From NCBI GenBank assembly GCA_012295275.1, contig CM022675.1:4278001-4342000 (forward strand): a stretch of 64,000 bases of DNA. The letters run 5' to 3'. A program made the position numbers and the translations under genes. Below the pieces are notes generated by a model that saw only the letters and a program-made list of their open reading frames with translations, did not search any database and was not told the origin of the DNA. How positions within the stretch are numbered: position 1 is the first letter of the stretch; the number at the start of each line of letters is the position of its first letter. The DNA is from Chrysomallon squamiferum (lineage: Eukaryota; Animalia; Mollusca). This document shows, in pieces, positions 53,826 through 64,000 of this stretch.

Positions 53826-56800
53826 ATGAATTTACTAACAGCAGTGATTATATTTACGATCTACAATCAGGTTACAGGTACAGAAAGACTAAGTAAGTTT
53901 ATTATTTATTTAAAATTAATTTATTTGTTGTACTTCAAGTCATTTGAAATATGTGTAAGGCTAGGGGAGATAACTTAAAATGTTAAATTTTATTTAAGTT
54001 TTATTTATTGATTAATAGGGATTTTAGAATTTTTATTTCTTATACATGACGATCATATTTCAACGTTAAAAAGCAGACTTTTTTAAAAATCATGTCTAAT
54101 GAATGTTTAATGGATTTTTAACATGAAATACTGGTAACATAGTTAATAACAACAACAACAAAAACAAATAACAATAATGAGGACATTGATGAAAACAGTT
54201 TAACTCAGAGTTTCGATTTAAGATAACATGTTTTAATATAACAGTAAAACTTTACATAATAGAATAAACTAGCACGTTATAACATCGTTTAAAAATTAAA
54301 TATTTACTATAAATTCTATATTACATAATGTACGCTAACATAACTTAATTATAACTTGTAGTATAACATAACATAACATAATATAACTAAAATAATAACA
54401 TAGCAATATTACATATTACAATATAACATAACTTGATTAAAGCATACCATAACATAAAAAAGTAAGTATTTATAAATTTCTACAACATATTTCAAAATAA
54501 ATAATTAAGATAAATATTAATAAATGAACACAGGTCCGTGGTCTGACAGAAAACAAGAAGAAATGTTAGAAGAATATTTTACACTGGATAAAAAACAAAC
54601 TTGGTGGGAGGCAGCGTATTCTGGCTGTGAGGAGGCAGGAGGCAGACTCGTTGTTCATCATTCTGGTTTAGACTATGACAAACTTTTTTCTCAGATGAAA
54701 TACAACACAGACTATTGGGTAGGAGCTTTAGAGACGTTTACACCTTGGATGTGGACTGGTAGGTATTCTTTTATTATTAATCTCAATGTCGTTTACAAAA
54801 TAAATAATAGTTTACTGTTTTATTAAAGTTTTACTTTATAATTTAATCATTATCAACGATTGTGTGTTTTCAACATTTTCCGAGCTAAGACACATTTGTT
54901 TTACATTAAAAAAGTCGTGAATCACACCACCAACGAAAACAGTTACAAAATGACACATACGCAAAGACAATTTAGTCTCTCAGTTTATTTACACTCACTC
55001 AGTGTGAAACCTGGGACTGTTGAACACAAAGCTGATATCCTAGCAGGAATTGAAGAAAGGCACGTGCGAAGCTCTTCAACAGCTCTCAGTCGCTCTCAGT
55101 TTTTAGTTTTTATTGCAGTTATGAGCTCACACAGATAAGTTGTGGAAAATGGGGGCAATGTCGAAATAGCTCAGTTTGCCACAATGGGGAAGTCCTTGTC
55201 AGCAGACAACAAAAAATGATCAGCCAAGCTTAGCTTTAAACGACGGTCTTGTCTCAGTTCAGTTAGTACCTCCTGCTCTTGTAAAGTCTTGTCTCAGTTC
55301 AGTTAGTTCCTCCTGCTCTTGTAAAATCTTGTCTCAGTTCAGTTAGTTCCTCCTGCTCTTGTAAAGTCTTGTCTCAGTTCAGTTAGTTCCTCCTGCTCTT
55401 GTAAAGTCACGTCCATTCTGAAAACTGCTGCTGAGTTACATGGGTCTCTAACCCAGTCAAGGCTTTCAGTGGAAGTTGAGGTGAAATAGAATGACAACTT
55501 ATCCCTCAAACTTTTACCTATTATCTCACACAGTACAGCAGTGTTGACATCTCCCAGTTATTTCTGTGTGAGTGGGAACGCGTCCAGGTTGGTACTTTAC
55601 AGATGTTGTTGCGACAGGCAGACCTTTAAACGGAATCCATTTATTGTATCTGTGTTTATGAGCAGGTTTTCATTTCGGCCTTGCATTCGTATGTGTTCAG
55701 TTCAGTCAGACGCTGAAATATATCTGCCATGTATGCCAGCCTTGCACACCACTCATCTCTTACAAGCAGCTTTGTTAACTTCTCATCAGTGAAAAACTCT
55801 TTTAGTTCGTACACGCAGCCAGCACGTTTCCGCACGACAACCATTTGTCCTCCATTTGGAGCTGTGAGGCTTGATGCTTTGTTCTCATTTCTTCTTCTGT
55901 TGTTTCTCGTGGCGTTGCCTTGGAAAAGAGGAAGTTTTTTCTGATGACGTCGCCAGCCACAAAACACACATTGGCCAGGAGCTGAACATGTCCACTGACG
56001 TCAGTAGACTCATCAAGTTGCAGTGCGTATCTTTTCCAAAACAACCTTTTCTGTGTCTGCGGACACGTCATCAATTCGTCTGGCAGTTGTGTTAGCTCAC
56101 AGAGGACTTTGACTACTTCTTTAACCGCGTCAGGGCTGAACATCTCATTTACAACGGCTTTGAGGTCAGGTAGTTTTAATGTCTCTGCCTGTGTGCGACT
56201 TTTTCCAATTTGGCTACAAGTTCAGCTACTAAGTAACTAGCTTTGAGAGCTCTCACAGACACCGTTGTAGTTTTTCTCCTAAAGCCTGCTGTTCCTCCGT
56301 GTTTTTTCGCAGGAAACGAAATTAGTTTGTGTTCTTGCTTTGAAGTGACGAATATTTCGTTTGGAGATGGTGTTTAAGCATGTTTCTGACCATGCACTGT
56401 TGTTAGCCTTTTGTCCACACACCAAGCCAACAGTTAGTGCAGCAGGATTCCAATAAAAGTAAATGGAAACGAAAGATAACTTTCACTGTTTTGTTGAAAT
56501 CAGCGAGTTTGCTTTCTTTTGACCAGCACCAACATATTACGCTTTTCACCTGGGTTACAGTTTTGTCCAGGATCCAGTTCGGAGTCTTCATTTTTTCAAA
56601 AATTCGTCTATCGCTGTACGTCTTCTCGACGTCACCTCTCAAATACATCACTAATTCTACTGTCTTAACTTAACAACGTCATTATTGCGGCTCTGATGCA
56701 GCCTGAAGGTCAATACATGGAAGAGTATTTAATTACTTCGCCAGACACAGACGCACAACCATGGCAGTTTACCTGCAGTAACTCAATCATTTCTTTCTTT

Positions 56801-56914
56801 TCTGGACTAATTAAGTTAAGTTGGATAATTTCCCACGGCACAGTCGTCTGCAGCGGCACAGTGTTTGAAAATCACTAATCTACGAAACCACTAATAAGAG
56901 CTATACACATCAAA

Positions 56915-56945
<31 letters not shown>

Positions 56946-57486
56946 ATAGTTGCTTTATTTTTTTTTTTTTTTTTTTTTTTTTTCTTATTTCTTATTTTTT
57001 TTTACTTATTTATTATTAATTAATTTTTTTGTTTTGTATATGTGTTGTTCTTGTTTTCAGAGACCAACGACAAATTATTCCAGTATGTTGGCGATATCGA
57101 CGTTGGGAGTTTGAGTAGTAAATACACAATACAAGACAATGATGCTTTTAAATGCTTCCAGCAATGTAAACCGAGCAATGGAAAAATTGGTTTACAGGTT
57201 GGTAAATTCTTCTCCTCATAAAGACTAATTTTAAAAGAAAAAGTGTTAAATATATACTTGTTTGATGTTACCTGAATCACACACAGACAAATGGGACACA
57301 CAGACAGGCATACTTCTAGTATTAAACTGTCACTGCGGCAACCTATACCACTACTTCATCTACTACTACTATTACCACTTCTACCACTACTACTACAAAT
57401 AATCCTTCTTTTTATTATTATTATTATTGTTGTTATTATTATTATTATTATTATTGTTATTATTATTATTATTATTGTTATTGTTA

Positions 57487-57562
<76 letters not shown>

Positions 57563-60500
57563 TCCTCTTGTTGTTATTGTTGTTGTTGTCGTTGTTGTTG
57601 TTGTGTTCATACTTTAATTGTAAATTTATTTCCACATTTATTCCAGGTTATTTTTTGTTATTATTGTTATTTAGTTCGTGTTTTGTAGGGAAAGCAGTGT
57701 TACTGTAAAATCTCTGACACAGCAAGTCCTGTGAAGTCAACTACAAAACGAGTTCGATGTGCAGGGACATATGAAGAATTCTGTGGAGGACGAAATACAA
57801 TTTCTATTTATAGAACAGGTGACACTAATAACTTTAACAATTTTTAAAATATTTTGGTTTTTTATATTATTTTATTAACATCAGTAGAGCAAACGAATGT
57901 GTGAATATTTGAACAAACGAATGAATGAATGAACGAATGCCCGAAAGGAAGAACAGATCAATACATGAATGAATGTATAGAGTCTGGAATCAATATGCAT
58001 CGATATAGTGATAATTATAACAATATATAAATTACTTCATTACAGATCTTCCGTCTTCAGTTACAATCGACGACAGCGCTGACGGAATCAACCGCTGCGG
58101 CTACGTCAAGCTCAATTCTGACAATTTTACAATTGGTTTTCAAAACTGTGACAGCTACAAAGCATATACACTTTATACAAGTAATAGTTTTCACAAAGTT
58201 CAAATATCTAATCAATAAATAAATAAATAATCTGATAATGATTATTATTATTATTATTATTATTATTAAAGAACGATGTAATATCAAAAATGAAATAAAA
58301 TGAAATCTTCCTTCATTGCAACATCATATTCATTATCTCTTTTTAGATTACTGCTGGAATTCTGAAACTTGTATTTCACGGTGGAGGATGACATGGAACT
58401 ATGCAAACAGATTTTTTGACATGTTTAAAGTAAGCAGCAGTACAGTCTCATCACTGCAGAATCTGCTACAAACAAATCTTTACTACTGGATTGGACTCCA
58501 CAGAGATGTCAAACTGCTGTGGATTGATGGTAATGTGTATACATCTTGTGTTGTTTTTGGGTCTTTGTTGTTAGTTATATTTATTTTTTCATTGTTGTTG
58601 ATAATCTTTATTTAATTGATGTTTGTGTTGCTCCTGAAAGCGACAAAGAATAGATATTCAGTATTTGTTGTTACTTCTTCCTCTGTGTAAAACAAAATTC
58701 TAACGTACTTGTTTTAAATCTTGCAGGTAGTGTGGTATCGTTTCAGAAACCAGTTTCAGAAGGTGATCTTAAAAGGATGGTATGGTTAACAAAAAATAAC
58801 AAATTATATTACAATTACAAATCAGACCAAACAAATCCAGCTATTTGTCAGAAATGTAAGTATAAAACAACACAGTAAAACAAATTGTTAAAAAGTCGAT
58901 TTGTTTATTAATTAAAAATAATCACAGAAAAATCGACCCATTTACAAATATCTATATCTCTAGCTATGTGCTTGTGTATTTGTATGTTTGTATGTACTTA
59001 TTTATGTAAAATGTAAAAGTATTATGTATTATAGCATGTATGTGTGTATGTGTTGTGAAATAATAACTATATATAATTTAAACTACTACTACTATAACTA
59101 CTAATACTAATACTACAATTATTACTACTACTACTACAACTACTACTACTACTACTAATAATAATAATAATAAAGTTAAAATATGACATACAATCTTTTA
59201 ATAAAACAAAAACAAAACAACAAACATCTTCTTGAGATAGTCTTTTATGTATTTACAGATAATGTAACTACACCAGTAACAACGTCCACATCAGTGGCAA
59301 CACCTGCGAAACAAACACAGAAAACAGCAGCAACTACGCCAAAATTGTCAACTTCCAAACTTTTCTCCAATCCGTCTTTTTCTTCTGATTTTGAACCAAC
59401 AACATCAGGGGAGATAATTCCAAGGCAACAATCCGCTGAGACACAACATCCATCAAACAAATCAGGTTAGTTTTAATTTTACTATTTTGTTTTACTGGTT
59501 ATAACTAATTTTATTTCACTAATTTTAAGTTACTAGGTACATTTCTTTTTAGATTTTATTCTTATTTATTTATTTATTTATTTACTATATTTATTCTGCT
59601 AACTTATTAACATTATTTAAATATATTTTCATTTTTGTATTCCTTTAATTATTCTTTTCTTTTTTTCTTCTTCTTTATTTAACTCTCCAGATTTCTTTTA
59701 TTTTAATATTTTTAGTAATTTGTTATATAATTTATGTGAAAAGGGGAAAATAATCCGTTATATTTGTGTCAAAATTAAAAATATACATATTTGGACAATA
59801 AGCGACGAAATTAAAAAAAAAAATAATAATAATAATTAATAAATAAAATAAAATAAAATAAAATAAAACAATCAAACATTTACATAGATAACTGTACTTA
59901 GATTAAAATCAATGTTATTATGTAATTATTTTCAGCATCTATTGGTGGTGGTGTCGCAGCTGCTGTAGTGCTGTTGGTTGTCATTGTTGTCGTCGTAGTT
60001 TGGACTAAACGGTGAGAATTTGTTAAAACCAGTCACTGAATACAATTATGAAATTCATGAACCAGAAAAATAGGAGACAAATAGGCTGAAATATGAAAGA
60101 AAAAACAGAAGAAAAAAATAATGGATGAATTAAAAAGAAATAAAAAAGTTTTCTTTATCATGTTTGTTAGAAAAGTTAAGATAAAATTAAAACATGGCGA
60201 AGGAAAAAGAAAGATAAGAATGAAAGATTGAAGGATACGAAAGAATAAAAGAAAGAGAAAGAATAGAGGTAGGAAAGAACAAGAAAGACATGAATAAAAA
60301 TAATAAAGTCAGATACAAAGGAATGAAAGAAAGTGAAAGAAAAGGATATGAATGAAAGTAAAAAAAAATAAATCTACGTATTTCACTGTTACTCTTTTTA
60401 GTTAATCGTCAGTTTAATTTGAAATGTAAAATAGTTTTTCCTTTGAATTATCAGAGTCGTCACGACAGAAACTCATATAATAAAACTAACTTAGTATTTC

Positions 60501-61439
60501 ACAGTTTAAATTTAAATAATGTCTTCATTTTTCAGAAAAGGTCAATTTTGTTTTAAAACTCAGAAGTTACCAGAATCAAGAATTAATTTTAACAACAGAA
60601 ACAATGAAATCAGCTCTGCTGAAGATTTACAACGTGGTCACACAAATTCGAGTTATGAGGTTACAACGACATCGACGTCGGCAGATTATGAATTTGAATC
60701 AGAAAATCAAGGAAACCACAGTGTTTACTACAACGTCCCAAACGGAGTTACAGTCAACATGGAAAACAGAAACGATAACGACTACGACATCGCAGATGTT
60801 AAAGCACTTCCCATTAACAGATCTACTGCTGACGACAACGATGGAGACAACGACACACCGTATATCAACACGGCAACGACTACGACATCTAAAGTGGACA
60901 AACACGTTTCAAGCAGTCATGAAGGCGACTACGACAGCACAGACTCAACAAATACAACAACTCATAGATCTAACATCTACAACCACCTTGCTGGGGACAA
61001 CGACGGTGACTACGATACATGTGATAAGAAAAAGAAAACAACTACGTCTGATGTCTACAACCGGCTTGGTGTTGACAATGACAGCGACTACGACAGCACA
61101 AATAGAGAAAAGACAACTGCAACTGTATCCGACGTCTACAACCACCTCGTTGATTCTGAAGACTACGACAGAATGGACAGGATACCTCCAACATCAACAA
61201 CAACATCAGAACTGTATAACCATCTTGATCAACCTGACAGTGACCTCTACGACATCGCTGATGCTGTTACATCCGATTTACCACACCCCAGTCTGTGTAG
61301 ACATACTGCCTCGTCTAGCAATCATATTCCCACTAGGAAATCAGAAATCTCTGATAACGTCCACGACGATTCCTACAACAACGACAACGTTTCTGAAGGC
61401 AGCGGAAATTTTTATTTTGTTCTGGAAAATTCTGATTGA
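53826..61439 (+). CDS. Type I membrane receptor, ~730 aa: signal peptide, C-type-lectin-like + WSC + C-type-lectin-like, S/T stalk, TM, Tyr-rich tail; join(53826-53892,54534-54758,57061-57197,57689-57818,58046-58180,58347-58529,58727-58855,59259-59465,59936-60011,60536-61439)
   Basis: Phases chain without stops. Hydrophobic N-terminus MNLLTAVIIFTIY; CTLD motifs TWWEAA..C...GGRL, YWVG, W.W and YWIGL..WIDG..ICQK; WSC motifs C...C, GLQGKQCYC, C.G..EEFCGG....IY; TM IGGGVAAAVVLLVVIVVVVVW followed by TKRK. The exon 1 donor could alternatively lie after 53877 (same phase). Confidence 0.85.
54862..56876 (-). mobile_element. Decayed hAT (Buster/Charlie, ZBED5/ZBED8/FAM200-like) transposon in intron 2 of the lectin receptor
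   Basis: Fragments YALQLDESTDVSGHVQLL, LAYMADIF, PFSTTYLCE...TAIKTK and QVSH* (stop ~54999), with frameshifts. Degenerate terminal sequences gtgtgttttcaac / gtttgaaaatcact. Confidence 0.85.
55247..55408. repeat. 39-bp tandem repeat x4 inside the hAT relic
   Basis: gtcttgtctcagttcagttagttcctcctgctcttgtaaa recurring at 39-bp spacing. Confidence 0.9.
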
Positions 61440-61546
61440 AAAAAAAATGTCGCAAGTTACTCGATCGATATTTTCATACAAAATTTGTCGTCTGCTATGA
61501 AGTGTCTTTTGAAATCCATCTTAAAAGTGTCTCATACCACTTTTTA

Positions 61547-61595
<49 letters not shown>

Positions 61596-61997
61596 TATAT
61601 ATAAGTGCTTCGTACCATTTTTTAATTTATAATTTTTTTGTTATTTTCTTATTTATTTTCTTATTTATTTGGATCTTGTTGTTGTTCTTGTTGTTATTTC
61701 TGTTATTTTTTATTTTTCTATTGTTATCATTTGTTATTTTTCTTATTTATTTATGTTTTGTTTGTTTATTATTATTATTTTTTTCTTCTTATTATAAAAG
61801 GTGAAGGAAGGTTTGTTCAAAATTCAGAAATCCTAAATTCCAGTTTGTGATGTGTTATAGTTTTCCAATAGATGAAGCAATCACAAGCCTTACTTTATTC
61901 ACAAATGTATTACAAATATTAAAATACCTCAAGACCATCTGTATATTTTTGCACGTGTATGTATGTCTTTAAGTGTCTATGTATGTTTGAATATATA

Positions 61998-62771
61998 CAG
62001 TGGTACCTCGACTTAGGAATGCCTAACTTACGAGTTTTTCGAATTACTTCGAGTTACAAGCAGTCGACATGCAATTATTTGCTTTGAGTGGCGAGCCAAA
62101 ATCCGAGTTACGAGCGAGTTAAAGATATGCTGCCGCTAGTTGGCGCAACGAACAACACAACATCCGCCCAGCATCCCGCGTCTGACTGGTTTACTTCAGG
62201 TGGTTACCTCGCCGCGGAAACATCTCTGTTGTGTTGTGTTCGCGTTTTGTGTAATTTTCACAAATTTCTTTTTCCTGACCATGGATTGTAAGAAAGTGGG
62301 TGCAAAGGACAGTGCTTAGAAGAAGAAGTGGATGATATCCATTGAACTAAAGCTTGAATTCATAGAAAAACAATAGCAAGGTGTGCATGTAGTCGACTTG
62401 CATAGGCAGTACGAGCGTAGTACTTGTACGATATGTACCATACTGAAGCAGAAGGAGTCGATAAAGGCTGTAACTTCAGCCAAAGGCGTTAAAATAATTT
62501 GTCTGATCGCCAAGATAAATACATTTTACAAAACCAAGTTATTTCTTTTCATTCTCTTTTATTTTGTTTTTATACAATATTTTCCATTTATAAATACATT
62601 TTTGTTATTTAAAAGCACGTTACAAAAATTTAGTGTGTTTTAAGCGGGGGCTGGAACGGATTAATGGTATTTCAATTAATTTCATTTAGGAAAATTGATT
62701 TGATATACGAGCAAATTGAGATACGAGCTAGGTCGCGGAACGAATTAAACTCATAAGTCAAGGTACCACTG
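61998..62771 (+). mobile_element. Tigger/pogo-like non-autonomous element, 774 bp, both TIRs present
   Basis: TIRs CAGTGGTACCTCGACTTA / TAAGTCAAGGTACCACTG with TA on both sides; stop-riddled CENP-B-type HTH fragment. Confidence 0.9.
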
Positions 62772-64000
62772 TATGTCTATATATAGTAAAATAAAAAATG
62801 AAAAACATCAACGTAGAAATGACTATATATATCTTTATATTACATTACTTCATATATACCTATTCTATATAATCAGCTAAGGATATTTTAATAATTTTTC
62901 ATATACGTTTTGCATTTTCTGTTTCTAGTCGAAGTCTGTTTTATACTAACATTTTTACTATTACTCTAAATTTATTGAGATACAGTAAACCTCGTGACTA
63001 TTCAAATGGATCATCCGGTAAATTAATATATATTTTCACTTTCGAACGATTGATTTATTCTCTTATTCAAGTGTTATTTGAATAAAGCATTGAAAAATGG
63101 AAAATTTGAATTCTTATCTTTGTGTTTATTGCACGAGTATTACTTTCTGAAGAAAAAGGTTTAATTTCAGTTCGAAGTACTTTGGCATAGCGGCCATTTT
63201 GTTATGTTTCTCTGAACGTATATCACTAACATCGTTCATACTCTACTTGTTTCGTTCTCGAGGTTTTGTCTACGAGTTTTCTTCTTATAAACAACCTCGA
63301 ACAAACACAAATTAAATATTTTAGCTTCATCTGATTGTACAGTATAAAAGATTTTGTCACCCGAAAGTAGTAGAAAAAACCTTATGAAACTTTCTGTAAT
63401 GTCTGTTAACTATTTTCCAGAGAAAATGTCGGTTTAGAACGAGCCCTTAAATTTGAACATTAGAAATTACATCGCCACACACACACACACACCCACACGC
63501 ACACATGAACACACACACACACACACATGCACACACACTCACACTTTTTCTCTCTGACAAACACATTCACACACACACTCTCTCACGCACACATAAACGC
63601 ACACACATAGTCTTTCTCTCACACACACACACGCACGATGTCTTTCTACAGGTATATTCGTGTTTATGTGGTTTATATTATTTTACATTTCAACATCTGA
63701 ACATTCTAAAAGTTGATTTTCAAGAACCTAGGTTTACTACAGCTTTGTTTTTATTTCTCACAAAATAAATTCAGACCCAAACATTTCTAGCTGCATTCAG
63801 TGAAGTGAGACTTTGAGAGTGACGAGCTCTCTAAGTGAGGGAAATACAATTGTGAAACTTAGTATAGTGTAATATATTAATTTTATTCTAACTGTAAAAC
63901 TTAGTGTAATGTAATCATTTTATTTGAACTGTTTTGTGAGAAAATTGTCCTTGATGTTTCACCATATTGGTATGATTGCTACTGAGGCTTCACAGACTGG

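Noticed and set aside
60604-61500. 298-aa Thr-rich overlapping ORF
   Set aside because: Alternate frame of the GAC/AAC/TAC-rich receptor tail; the splice phase supports the 60519-frame.
63190-63440. YY1-like GCGGCCATTTTG and ttccag|agaaaATGTCG, a possible start of another gene
   Set aside because: Too little sequence remains in the window to support a model.
229-63768. Numerous ORF-track entries rich in Y/I/L/F, HT/CV or N runs
   Set aside because: They are translations of (TTA)n, (TTTA)n, (CA)n and (TAA)n microsatellites with no coding evidence.

Overview
AT-rich, microsatellite-dense animal genomic DNA with spliceosomal introns. It is probably a lophotrochozoan such as a mollusc (inference, not verifiable here). 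Most ORF-track entries are simple-repeat artefacts. Splice-aware reading gives four genes. (1) A 13-exon MAP2/MAP4/tau-family gene on + (CDS ~2415-38576, ~772 aa, 8 KxGS repeats, one apparent +1 frameshift at ~21085-21088). (2) An intronless 384-aa tau-repeat gene nested on the same strand in its last intron (34807-35961). (3) A convergent minus-strand 'mini-tau' (CDS 51816->46463, ~215 aa) made almost entirely of microtubule-binding repeats on near-identical 90-nt exons. (4) A 10-exon type I membrane receptor (53826-61439, ~730 aa) with a C-type-lectin-like domain apparently split by a WSC domain and a Tyr-motif-rich tail. Also present: several RFX X-box motifs, a candidate internal promoter, a ~580-bp inverted repeat bracketing the main tau CDS, two minisatellites built from splice sites, two Tigger-like elements, a hAT transposon relic and a hAT MITE.
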